Notes: generated from the sequence alone by a model not told the origin. DNA of 64,000 nt from a virus (IMGVR_UViG_3300021959_000011:64001-128000); one strand, 5' to 3'; positions 48,963 through 58,345 are shown, counted from the first letter of the stretch. Numbers and translations are program-made.

Positions 48963-49208
48963 ATGTCTGTTTTTACTATAAAAGAAAACCAAATCTCGTT
49001 AGACGATGATGGAAACGAGGTACACGAAGTAGTAGATGTGTCACTTACTGGCGATCTAACTGATGGAATTTTTACAGCAACTGACGAAGATGGTGTAATT
49101 AGAATTAATCAACCATTCAATTTTGATGCAGACGGAAGCCGTACTGCATGGAATGACCTTGACGAAGCAATTGCTTGGGTTAAGACTAACAACGCAGCAG
49201 GAGAATAG
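48963..49208 (+). CDS. small acidic protein B2
   Basis: SD AAGGAG; shares LDDDG with B1 (IDDDG); QPFN...G.R.AW. Confidence 0.65.
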   Translation: MSVFTIKENQISLDDDGNEVHEVVDVSLTGDLTDGIFTATDEDGVIRINQPFNFDADGSRTAWNDLDEAIAWVKTNNAAGE

Positions 49209-49210
49209 AA

Positions 49211-51073
49211 ATGGCTAAGGTATGGGATTACGAAGGAGATTATAATCGTCCTGTTGTACTTGAAGACCCAAGAGCAGGAAATGATGGATTCTACATTAAC
49301 GGTGATAAACACGATAAAAATAGTTTAACGCCGCAATATAATAAAAGTATTAATTTTAACGACAATCCATCAGATGGTTCATGGGAACGAAATTATCTAG
49401 ACAATAGAATTAATCATAACGGCCCTTACACTGGAAGTTCCATGGGTCTCGCTAAAATGCAAAATGGTGCGAATAGACCAGATGATAATAGCGCAGATTA
49501 TGCAAACACACCAGACTCTGGCGCATGGATTGATATGTCATTAACCTGTACCTCCAACGGTGTAGGTGAAGGTGGATACAAAGGCGGTTCTATGCAAATG
49601 ATTTCTGATGGTGTTGATGAGGCCCCTGTGTGGGCATATAATCAAAGTGCCACTTGTTATCAATTTGCATGGCCAAAGATGGAAAACACAACTAATTTGG
49701 ATGACGTAAGACCAACTGCAAGACATGCCAACTGGAGCGACAATTATTCACATAGATACCATTTCTGGGGAAAAGCCTATGGTTCGGATAAATTTGTACC
49801 AGCATTGAGTCGTGGTGACGATGGGGGTTCGACCTATAATTATCCATCATTTAAACTAAAAGTTGGTTATCATAGCACATCTGGTTCTCAGTGGCCGAAT
49901 AACTGGCCATCTCAGTATACTAGAGATGTTTATCAAATGGGTAATGATTGGACAGTACAATTTTTGGGTGAATCAAATGATGGTGGACTTTTGTTTGCTG
50001 GACAGCAAGCTTCTAGTGGTACAACTGGGAACTACATAAAAGTTGCAAAAGAGATGTGGACAAGTAACTATAATCCAACATCAACCAACATGTTTAATTA
50101 TACCAATTCCATTGGACCGTCCGGCACCCATTCTGGTGGCAGCAACATGAACAGTAAAGAGATTGCATCCAACTTCTCTGAAGTAATGGACGATCCAAGA
50201 GGTGTTTCTGGTACTAATATGCTGTTTTATAAATCTTACTACGATCAGTATTACAACTGGCACCCACTTGTAGTTACTTGGGATAGATCTTCAGATACCT
50301 TTGCGGTAGAAACTGATATCTCTACGGATGTTCTGAGTAGTACTAAAGCAGATTTGAGTGGATTTACGGCATATACCGGCGCGCATCATCCTATGCAATG
50401 GAGTACTACTTCTTGGGTGAGTGGTGGAACTAGATATGTTTCTGAATTTAGAATTGACGGAAGATATACATTTCAAGATACAGATGAAGGGTGGAGAACT
50501 TGGGTTACATATTCAGTAGATGCTGCAAACCCAAAAGATCTTACATATCATAGCGATATTACAATGCCCTCAACACCAAGACAATGGGTTTGGTTGAATG
50601 ATTCTCATACAATGATTGGGGTCTGGTTCACAAGTGCATTTAGGGTTTATGCATGGAATGATAGTACTGGTTGGACTGAAACATCAGTTGTCGATGGGTA
50701 TATTCACGAATGTGGTAGAGATAGTTTAGATAGAATTTGGTATACAAAACCAAGCTCTGTATATGGTGGAGACTACCCAGAGTTACATCTATTAACACCA
50801 ACATTACCTGTTTCTATTACTGTAACTCCAGAGAATACAAGTTACACATATTCTGGTAGTGATATTACTACATATATTGATGTAAGTGCAGTAAATGCAT
50901 CAGGTACAAGAATTGCAACAAGTGTTAAACTCGTTATTGAAGGTTCTTCTATGACGTTTACTGATGGTACTACGACAAAAACTGTGACTACGTTAACAAC
51001 TGGAGAGTTGCAAGTAGGTACAAAAGTTACTGGTGCTGGATTTACTAACGTTGCTGCATCTATCGAAATCTAA
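49211..51073 (+). CDS. beta-propeller-like structural/receptor-binding protein C2 with Ig-like C-terminus
   Basis: W/Y/N/S-rich repeated strands, GRDSLDRIW, C-terminal beta-sandwich. Confidence 0.65.
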   Translation: MAKVWDYEGDYNRPVVLEDPRAGNDGFYINGDKHDKNSLTPQYNKSINFNDNPSDGSWERNYLDNRINHNGPYTGSSMGLAKMQNGANRPDDNSADYANTPDSGAWIDMSLTCTSNGVGEGGYKGGSMQMISDGVDEAPVWAYNQSATCYQFAWPKMENTTNLDDVRPTARHANWSDNYSHRYHFWGKAYGSDKFVPALSRGDDGGSTYNYPSFKLKVGYHSTSGSQWPNNWPSQYTRDVYQMGNDWTVQFLGESNDGGLLFAGQQASSGTTGNYIKVAKEMWTSNYNPTSTNMFNYTNSIGPSGTHSGGSNMNSKEIASNFSEVMDDPRGVSGTNMLFYKSYYDQYYNWHPLVVTWDRSSDTFAVETDISTDVLSSTKADLSGFTAYTGAHHPMQWSTTSWVSGGTRYVSEFRIDGRYTFQDTDEGWRTWVTYSVDAANPKDLTYHSDITMPSTPRQWVWLNDSHTMIGVWFTSAFRVYAWNDSTGWTETSVVDGYIHECGRDSLDRIWYTKPSSVYGGDYPELHLLTPTLPVSITVTPENTSYTYSGSDITTYIDVSAVNASGTRIATSVKLVIEGSSMTFTDGTTTKTVTTLTTGELQVGTKVTGAGFTNVAASIEI

Positions 51074-51086
51074 AGTAGGATAAGAA

Positions 51087-53009
51087 ATGACAATTCAGGC
51101 CCTAACAGTTTCTGTAGAAACTAGTTTTAATACAGTTAACGCAGAAGCGGGGCCTGAATCACTTCCTAGTAATATTCAGGCATTTCCGCCCCTTTCAATT
51201 GAAATTAAAGATACTTCATCAAGACTTAATAATCCACTTGATGCAATAATTAATAATAAAGAAATACAAATCAATCAAGGTGTGTGGAATAATTTAAATC
51301 AAAATGTTCCACAATTTAATAATAAAATTGATATTATTGATGGTACAGATACTACTATTCTTGCAAAATATCCACCAAAAGCAATACCAATAGAAAATGG
51401 TACTTGGAATACTGGATTCGCCATAAAAAATGCAGATATTAATATCAATGTTGGAAACACAACAAATACATTAGAAACAAAAATAACAAATTCTAAAATT
51501 CCAATTCATGATGCATCTACCTTTAATTTTTTAGGTTCTTCTGTTAATGTGAATTATGCGTTTATTAGGGCTGACTTTAGTATCGCAGATGCAAGTAATC
51601 CAATGTTTAATCAGAGTTTTACAACCCCAGGCACATATTCTTGGACTGCACCAGCTGGAGTTACTTCAGTTAGTGTTGTTGCGGTCGGTTCTGGTGGTAC
51701 TGGTGGACATCAATGGTCATCTGGTGGTGGCGGCGGAGGCGGTCTTGGATATAAAAATAATATATCAGTAACGCCTGGCCAATCATATACTGTAGAAGTC
51801 GGTGCGGCGGGCCCTACATTAGTATCGAATGCAACAAGTTCAACTGCGATGGGAAACAATTCATACTTTATTAGTGACACTACCGTTTGTGGATTTGGCG
51901 CAGGTCGCGGTGGCACCGATTCAACTGGTTCTGGAAATGGTGGTTATGGTGGTGGATATACTGGTGATGGCGGCGGCCGAGGTGGTAATGGTGGATATCA
52001 GGGAACTTGGACTCGAAGTGGTGGTGGTGCAGGAGGATACTCTGGACAGGGAGCCGATGGTGGTGATGGTGATGCCGGACAAGGTGGCGGTGGGGGTGCT
52101 GGACAGCATTATTCATCAACTTGGGGATCGCCCGGCGGCGGTGGTGTCGGACTTTTTGGTGAGGGAACTAGTGGCGCGGCGTCAACAACAACTGGCGAAG
52201 GTGGTAAAGGTGGATCTGGTGGTGGTGATGGTGATGATGGCGAACCTCTATCAAACAATAAAATCAGTAAGGGTGATATCGCAGGGGGAGAATTCGGTGG
52301 TGGCGGCGGAGGATCTGGTACTTCTGCAGGCGGTGGGCCCGGCGGTGGTGGAGCTGTTAGACTTGTTTGGACAACAGGTTCAAATACCATTGAGTTTCCA
52401 TCAACTAATGTTGGATCAGTTTTATCAGCGTCATTCTCTCAAACTAATCTAGATCCTACACCAACTTTCTCAGGTACACTGAACACTCGCAATTCTTTTG
52501 ATAGAGTAATAAAAAATCAAAACGTATCAACGATAAAGTCACCAACTTTATTTAATAGTTCATATGGTGGGATAAATAATACAGAATTAAAAATTGTTGA
52601 TAATACTGATACTACAATTGAAAAAACTTTGACCAATAAAAAAATATCAATTGAAAATCCACCAAGTGATAGTAATGGTAGTTTTATAACTTCTAAAAAT
52701 AATACTGGTATTAATATCAATCCAACAACTAAAGCACCTGTAGAAATTCCTATCTCATCTACATACATAGGTATAGAAGCCGATAAAGCCTCACTATCAC
52801 CAAGTTTCTGTAATGCCGTTCAACTAGTAATATTTACGTCCAATCAAACACCATTGGGGTATTTTGAAAGAGATGGACATGGTTACTTTGAAACTATTAC
52901 ACCACAGAATGACCCAAGAATTGGTTCTGGAAATAGTGGTGGTGATGATGGAGATGCCGGCGGCGGTGGAGGCGGAGTAGGTAGTGGTCCTATTCAGTCT
53001 TGGAGTTAA
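51087..53009 (+). CDS. glycine-rich-domain structural protein D2
   Basis: FTTPGTYSWTAPAGVTSVSVVAVG.GG...GGGGGG..Y.NNISVTPGQSYTV.VG; ends with a Gly linker plus PIQSWS. Confidence 0.75.
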   Translation: MTIQALTVSVETSFNTVNAEAGPESLPSNIQAFPPLSIEIKDTSSRLNNPLDAIINNKEIQINQGVWNNLNQNVPQFNNKIDIIDGTDTTILAKYPPKAIPIENGTWNTGFAIKNADININVGNTTNTLETKITNSKIPIHDASTFNFLGSSVNVNYAFIRADFSIADASNPMFNQSFTTPGTYSWTAPAGVTSVSVVAVGSGGTGGHQWSSGGGGGGGLGYKNNISVTPGQSYTVEVGAAGPTLVSNATSSTAMGNNSYFISDTTVCGFGAGRGGTDSTGSGNGGYGGGYTGDGGGRGGNGGYQGTWTRSGGGAGGYSGQGADGGDGDAGQGGGGGAGQHYSSTWGSPGGGGVGLFGEGTSGAASTTTGEGGKGGSGGGDGDDGEPLSNNKISKGDIAGGEFGGGGGGSGTSAGGGPGGGGAVRLVWTTGSNTIEFPSTNVGSVLSASFSQTNLDPTPTFSGTLNTRNSFDRVIKNQNVSTIKSPTLFNSSYGGINNTELKIVDNTDTTIEKTLTNKKISIENPPSDSNGSFITSKNNTGININPTTKAPVEIPISSTYIGIEADKASLSPSFCNAVQLVIFTSNQTPLGYFERDGHGYFETITPQNDPRIGSGNSGGDDGDAGGGGGGVGSGPIQSWS

Positions 53010-53590
53010 TCAGTAATAATATTATAGATTTCTTTCCAGTTCCGAACCCGATGAGCACTACCATCATAATCAGTGTTGTGGTCATGGGCAACCAGTAAAC
53101 TGTGTAAACCGTTATCAAGTCCAACTTCGGCATTCTCAGGTTTATCTTCAACCCAATAACAACCAGTACCATGATACTCGGCAAGAGCCTCGTCTTTGTC
53201 GGCACCAGTGTCTAGATAAACATACCGTTCAAACGCACTATCACCAAACAGTTCCCGAAGGTTCTTAGTCCGAAGGTGTTGTGCATATTGATCGTTACTC
53301 AAACTAGTAATCGCATGGAAAATATAACCATGTTCTTCGTGGAGTTTTTTGACATACTTGATTGCATCCCGAAGGGGAGGTAATTTCCGTATCCAGGCAC
53401 TCTCGTTAAACATCCGAATCAACCGTTTACTTTCTTTCCGATCAAGTCCATATTTAACGTCCATTTTATAGTCACCATGACTCATGACTTGATACCCATG
53501 CCGGGCCATCCAACAGTCAAAGGCATACTCCCAATCAAGGAGCACACCATCACAGTCAACTAGTATTGTTTTTTCTTTATTTGCAATCAT
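53006..53590 (-). CDS. HAD-superfamily 5'(3')-deoxyribonucleotidase-like protein
   Basis: LVDCDGVLLDW, AITS, K, WVEDKPEN. Confidence 0.85.
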   Translation of the reverse strand: MIANKEKTILVDCDGVLLDWEYAFDCWMARHGYQVMSHGDYKMDVKYGLDRKESKRLIRMFNESAWIRKLPPLRDAIKYVKKLHEEHGYIFHAITSLSNDQYAQHLRTKNLRELFGDSAFERYVYLDTGADKDEALAEYHGTGCYWVEDKPENAEVGLDNGLHSLLVAHDHNTDYDGSAHRVRNWKEIYNIITD

Positions 53591-53654
53591 TATTTACTTT
53601 CTCTAACTTACATATACAATATAACTGATTCGCACATGAAAGTCAAGCATTATT

Positions 53655-53996
53655 TTACCGAAGGTAGTTAGGTCCTGTCCATTGAATATCATAATCTTCA
53701 AAGACATTTCCCCGAGCGGCATTCCGAGCAGGAGCATTCCACCCTGCAGCTTTCAGAATATCACCATACTTGAATTTCTTGTCATTATTAACAGCAACAA
53801 CAAAACCCCAAACAGAACCATTGGTAATAATTTTGATGTACTTATTACCTTCATTCCAAGAGATTTTTTCGTTGAATTGTGCAATCATAGTTTCATTGAT
53901 TTCAGACAACTCTTTAGTGTAATTTCTAGAAGTCCACCGCAAGTAGTCTTCTTTGATGTTTTCAACAAGAGTGGTTATTTGATTTTCAATGGTCAT
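53655..53996 (-). CDS. hypothetical early protein
   Basis: KYIKI...SVWGFV, GDILKAAGWNAPA.N.ARGNV; own promoter and leader at 54011-54059. Confidence 0.7.
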   Translation of the reverse strand: MTIENQITTLVENIKEDYLRWTSRNYTKELSEINETMIAQFNEKISWNEGNKYIKIITNGSVWGFVVAVNNDKKFKYGDILKAAGWNAPARNAARGNVFEDYDIQWTGPNYLR

Positions 53997-54119
53997 AGAT
54001 TTCTCTCTCTTTTCTCTAACTTACATATACAGTATATGATATAATGACCCAAGAGTCAAGCGTTTTGAGTAAAAAAAGTGAAATATAAGCCTTTATAAAA
54101 CAAAGACTTATATTTTTTT

Positions 54120-54599
54120 TTAAAATTTATTGAGATATTTTGCAATATGACCCACAAAGGGAAGTAACATTATTGCCATTAATAGGTTCATTCCTGTATG
54201 TGCCATTGCGATTCGCAGGGTATCTCCTTTTGGAATTCCATCAGATACGAACAACCCAGCCAACCAGATTGTGCCAGTTGTACCTATATTTGCACCAAGA
54301 ACACATGCAATTGCAGCGGGCAATGGTAAAGCTCCAGAGGCAACTAGTGCAATAATTGCAGTTGTTGATAAACTAGACGATTGCCATAAGAGTGTCATGA
54401 TAATACCACCAAAGAACATATAAAGTGGGTTGCCTAAAAAGAATGATAGATGTTCCATATTCCCCATAGACTTCATACCACCAGAGAATGTTTTAAGACC
54501 GATATAAAAAATAACAAGTCCGATTAAGGCAGTTATGACAGGGTTTCCTAAATCCATTTTACTAACTTTCTTCCAAAGTTTTTTATGTTGTTTTTTCAC
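54120..54599 (-). CDS. single-repeat Na/Pi-cotransporter-like membrane protein
   Basis: G...TLLWQSSSLST...LV.SG.L....AI..VLGANIGTT; GTG start after AAGGA. Confidence 0.85.
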   Translation of the reverse strand: MKKQHKKLWKKVSKMDLGNPVITALIGLVIFYIGLKTFSGGMKSMGNMEHLSFFLGNPLYMFFGGIIMTLLWQSSSLSTTAIIALVASGALPLPAAIACVLGANIGTTGTIWLAGLFVSDGIPKGDTLRIAMAHTGMNLLMAIMLLPFVGHIAKYLNKF

Positions 54600-54633
54600 A
54601 GAGAATTCCTTTCTTGAAAACTCACGCAAATAG

Positions 54634-55164
54634 TTATATCCAAATTTTAGGATAAAATTCAGTTTTTGTCGTATCCTTATCGAAAAGATACCAACAAGAA
54701 TTATCTTTACCAGTATGTTTTGAACCTTCAATCCATTTAACTCTACCAATAGATACTATCTTACTGCACATAGGCAAATATGGTGTTGCCTGTTTTGTGT
54801 GCATCCAATCCGCATCAAAGAGTAACCATGTAGGTGCCTGCTTGGTAAAATGTAGAATCATAGGATGTAATAACCACCTAGTCCAAGGTGGATTTGTAAT
54901 AATTAAATCCACATTTTCTGGAATTGTAGAATCGAGTGCATCTTTCTTTTCTACCCAATCAACTTGGGGGTCACAATCAGATGCACCTATTGATTTGCCG
55001 TTTGTAAGGCCTTCTGTAAACTTTACAAGTCTACCATCCCCTGCACATGGTTCCCAAAATGTGAAATCATGTTGTGGTAAGAATGGAATTAGAGGACGAA
55101 ATGCATCCTCTGGAGTAGGATACAAATCATTTTTTCTACGGCGAAATTCACTACGTTTACCCAT
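54634..55164 (-). CDS. DNA N6-adenine methyltransferase
   Basis: DLYPTP, WEPCAGDG (SAM motif I), IITNPPW (motif IV). Confidence 0.85.
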   Translation of the reverse strand: MGKRSEFRRRKNDLYPTPEDAFRPLIPFLPQHDFTFWEPCAGDGRLVKFTEGLTNGKSIGASDCDPQVDWVEKKDALDSTIPENVDLIITNPPWTRWLLHPMILHFTKQAPTWLLFDADWMHTKQATPYLPMCSKIVSIGRVKWIEGSKHTGKDNSCWYLFDKDTTKTEFYPKIWI

Positions 55165-55441
55165 CTTCGTTATTATCAAATTTAGGAGTGAATGTTTCCA
55201 TTAGAGCTTCAATATCTTCTATTTCTCCGGCAACTTCACTCATATTCTGTTTATGATAAATCCTAGACATTTTACGTAAAATCTTTTTAGGAATATCAAC
55301 TTCTTCTGACAAGTTTTCGATTGCTTCCTTGACAAAACTTCTTTCACCCTCAGTACGTGTATACGAATTACTAATTTCTTCCATACACTCACGTATTTTT
55401 TTCTGATCTTGAGGATTTGATGGGATTATTATACCAGACAT
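55157..55441 (-). CDS. dsbA: T4 DsbA-like double-stranded DNA-binding protein
   Basis: EISNS..R.E.ER.F.KE....L....IPKK.L.K...IYHKQN. Confidence 0.75.
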   Translation of the reverse strand: MSGIIIPSNPQDQKKIRECMEEISNSYTRTEGERSFVKEAIENLSEEVDIPKKILRKMSRIYHKQNMSEVAGEIEDIEALMETFTPKFDNNEDG

Positions 55442-55514
55442 ATTTCACCTTAGATAATTAATTAAAATGGGCCCGTTCTGTTACTAAGTGGAACCCATAC
55501 TCTAGTTTAACTAC

Positions 55515-55784
55515 TTATGCAGTGCGTAGTGCAGCATGTCCAGCGGCAACAACAGCGCGAGTAGGCGTACCAATCATATATTTCATATACGACTTGCCAT
55601 CAAATGATGATGTACGTTTATTGAGATAGATTGAATACCCCTCACTACGAAGTTTACTAATCACCGCACGTACATTTTTCACACCATATCGTGCAGAAAT
55701 TTGTTTTGCGGTTAATTGAGCACCACCCAATAGGGCGTTTGCTACTCTAGTAGTTTGAGTTTCTTTTCTAGTTGTATTAGTCAT
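55515..55784 (-). CDS. winged-helix DNA-binding protein
   Basis: AL..G..LTAKQI.ARYGVKN.RA.IS.LR.EGY.IYLN. Confidence 0.75.
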   Translation of the reverse strand: MTNTTRKETQTTRVANALLGGAQLTAKQISARYGVKNVRAVISKLRSEGYSIYLNKRTSSFDGKSYMKYMIGTPTRAVVAAGHAALRTA

Positions 55785-56062
55785 ATTATATTCTCCTGTA
55801 GATTACATGACAAAGTTTCAGTTTTAAGTCTTTTGGTTTCGGTAGAACTCACACCGATACATTAGAAATGTGTCAGAATCTACCTGTCATCATTTCCATA
55901 TGTTCTAATTTCATTAAGGCCATTTCTTCGTTTGCAGATTGAAGTTCGGATCCATATATTTCTTCCCAATATTCTTTACCCATTCTACCATACGAGTTGA
56001 CATATTGTTCCTTTGTCATCCACGTAATATCTTCTTCCATCGCAAAAACAAACTGACCCATT

Positions 56063-56422
56063 TTACTCATTTTCATCTCCAAATAGTCTATTCACTTTTT
56101 TAGATTCCCCCATATAAAGACACCATAAGGCGGCAGAAAATATAAGTATAGAGGAAAATCCAACAATACCACTTATTAGTTGATATCCATTTACATACAT
56201 TTGTATGGAGGCAGTAATACCTAATATACCAGTAATGGGGGCATAAGGACCAAACATTACTGCACCTTCTTCCGAATAATTCAAAGTGTGTACAATCTTA
56301 ATATTACCAGAAAATACTGTCAATGGAATTATAAGGGATATCCATGGCAATATTTGCATTGCCATGGGATTGTGAAAGGAGGCCAATAACAAGACTGGCA
56401 AAATTAGGACAATTGGTAGCAT
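56063..56422 (-). CDS. multi-TM membrane protein
   Basis: Four hydrophobic segments. Confidence 0.55.
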   Translation of the reverse strand: MLPIVLILPVLLLASFHNPMAMQILPWISLIIPLTVFSGNIKIVHTLNYSEEGAVMFGPYAPITGILGITASIQMYVNGYQLISGIVGFSSILIFSAALWCLYMGESKKVNRLFGDENE

Positions 56423-56673
56423 TATGATTCCACGGTTGCAGATACTACACTATCAACACGAAATGCACGCCATGCATCTTTATCTAAATCCCACACCGAA
56501 CGAGAATCTAAATTCACTTTCTTTGTAGAAATTTCCGCAGCTGCAGGCGGCAAGAAATCTTCTATGAGGGTACAACGCATATTTCTAGTTTCACCATTCA
56601 ATTTAGTGAATTGGACATTCACAATATTAGTTTGTAACATTTCTGTTAAAGTTTCAAAATTCATAAGAGTCAT
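56422..56673 (-). CDS. Sm-like/WYL_2 protein conserved in T4-like phages
   Basis: V.FTK.NGE.R.M.CTL, VWDLDK.AWR.FR.DSV. Confidence 0.8.
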   Translation of the reverse strand: MTLMNFETLTEMLQTNIVNVQFTKLNGETRNMRCTLIEDFLPPAAAEISTKKVNLDSRSVWDLDKDAWRAFRVDSVVSATVES

Positions 56674-56733
56674 CCTTTCTTGATTAAGTTATATATACGA
56701 TTATATCCGATTATATCCGATTTGTCAAGTAAT

Positions 56734-57615
56734 TTATACTGCCATTTCAGCTTTAATTGCATCATGGTGTCTGTAATTTTCCAACTTAAAATCATCGACA
56801 GTATAATTTCCCAGATGTTTGTCTGGATTAATCCAAAGTTTTGGGAACATGTATGGTGTGCGTTTGATTTGTTTCTCTACCGCATCGATGTGGTTATTGT
56901 AAATATGCACATCTCCACCAATCCATATTAACTCTTTGGCATAGTAACCAAGTTCCTTTGCAATGATATAAGTTAACAGAGAATAACTTGCAATATTAAA
57001 AGGTACACCTAAAAACAAATCGCAACTTCTTTGATACAATGCACAAGAAAGTCCACCATCTTCACTTAGATGAAATTGACACATTAAGTGACAAGGTGGT
57101 AATGCCATCTTATCAAGATCATCAACATTCCATGCAGATAAAATATGTCGGCGACTACGTGGATCTTTGACTAAGTTAATCAACAATTCCCTTATTTGGT
57201 CAGTACCATTCCAATCTCTCCACTGTACTCCATATATAGGTCCAAGAATACCATCATCATACCCTAACTCAACACCCTGTTTGTTTGCATTCGCCGTCCA
57301 GATAGTTTTCTTGTCTTTTAACTCATCTCTATCTTTGTTATAATGAATTTCTGCTAGGCGTCTTTCATCATCAGAACCTTCAAGAAACCATAAAAGTTCT
57401 GAAACAACACTTTTAAATGCAAGTTTCTTTGTTGTTAAAACTGGTATTTGTTCTCTCAAATTTATATTTAATGTTGCATGAAAAATTGACTTTGTACCAA
57501 CTCCAGTACGGTCTTTTCGATCTTCGCCGGTATCTAGTACATGATATAATAAATCTTGATACTCAACTTCCCATATGTTACCATATCTATGTAACATTTC
57601 CATTTCTAAACTCAT
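56734..57615 (-). CDS. td: thymidylate synthase ThyA
   Basis: DRTGVGT, ELLWFLEG, GPIYGVQWR, MALPPCH, YQRSCDLFLGVPFNIASY, GDVHIY.NH. Confidence 0.97.
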   Translation of the reverse strand: MSLEMEMLHRYGNIWEVEYQDLLYHVLDTGEDRKDRTGVGTKSIFHATLNINLREQIPVLTTKKLAFKSVVSELLWFLEGSDDERRLAEIHYNKDRDELKDKKTIWTANANKQGVELGYDDGILGPIYGVQWRDWNGTDQIRELLINLVKDPRSRRHILSAWNVDDLDKMALPPCHLMCQFHLSEDGGLSCALYQRSCDLFLGVPFNIASYSLLTYIIAKELGYYAKELIWIGGDVHIYNNHIDAVEKQIKRTPYMFPKLWINPDKHLGNYTVDDFKLENYRHHDAIKAEMAV

Positions 57616-58097
57616 CCATACACCTTAAACTGCAAATCATCAAAATCACTTTGGGCCAACCACATGCGTTTACTTTTCATACTATCCAAATTATCTTTAG
57701 GTATAAAAGTATCACAATCATATGAATCTGGAAATTCTGTTATATAAAATCTTTCGATTAAATCCCAATATTCGGTAAGTACTTTTGCACCACCTATGAT
57801 GAATAATTCCTTATTATTATTTTTTTCCAACCAAGATCTAGCATCTTGAATAGATACTGTGTCCAAATTTTCATAATATGGTAAACTGTTTACTTTACTA
57901 GTAATTACTACATTATGTCTTTTAGGCAATGGTTTGGGCATATTGGGGTCATCCCAAGTATTTTTGCCCATAACCACTATCTTATTTGTTGTGTGAGAAC
58001 GAAACCATCTAAAATCTCTATCGTTTTTTGGCCATGGCAAAGTACCATCTTTACCAATACCACCATTTGCATCCATTGCAAAAATGGCATTAATCAT
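57612..58097 (-). CDS. frd: dihydrofolate reductase
   Basis: IGKDGTLPW...D..WF, VVMGKNTW, PLP.R.NVVITS, FIIGGA, CDTF. Confidence 0.95.
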   Translation of the reverse strand: MINAIFAMDANGGIGKDGTLPWPKNDRDFRWFRSHTTNKIVVMGKNTWDDPNMPKPLPKRHNVVITSKVNSLPYYENLDTVSIQDARSWLEKNNNKELFIIGGAKVLTEYWDLIERFYITEFPDSYDCDTFIPKDNLDSMKSKRMWLAQSDFDDLQFKVYG

Positions 58098-58345
58098 TGC
58101 ATAACCATTGGTTTACGTTTTGGGTCTCCCCAATGATCTTTTGCATTTACTCTAATAAATTTTTTATTGGTTTCGTTTTTATTTGGATTTTCAATAGTCA
58201 AGACTACATTCTTTCCCAACATCCAAGACTTTTGTTGATTTAGAATTCGACGTGTCGCATAATCTGGATCATTTTTACTACGACTCTTTGTAGTACCATG
58301 AATACCTTTACTGGTTTCTCCAGACCGTAACTTTTTCTTACCCAT
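58094..58345 (-). CDS. basic hypothetical protein
   Basis: GKNVVLTIENPNKNETNKKFIRV. Confidence 0.65.
   Translation of the reverse strand: MGKKKLRSGETSKGIHGTTKSRSKNDPDYATRRILNQQKSWMLGKNVVLTIENPNKNETNKKFIRVNAKDHWGDPKRKPMVMQ

Noticed and set aside
51700-52360. GC-rich stretch as a foreign insertion
   Set aside because: Explained by poly-Gly codons of the glycine-rich domain.
42498-53009. Diversity-generating retroelement acting on the fibre genes
   Set aside because: No reverse transcriptase in the window and no near-identical repeat pair differing only at adenines; A1 and A2 are old paralogues.
54634-55164. Phage methyltransferase as the CcrM equivalent for the GANTC motifs
   Set aside because: Short NPPW-type enzyme with motif I before IV, unlike the DPPY beta-class CcrM; its specificity cannot be read from sequence.
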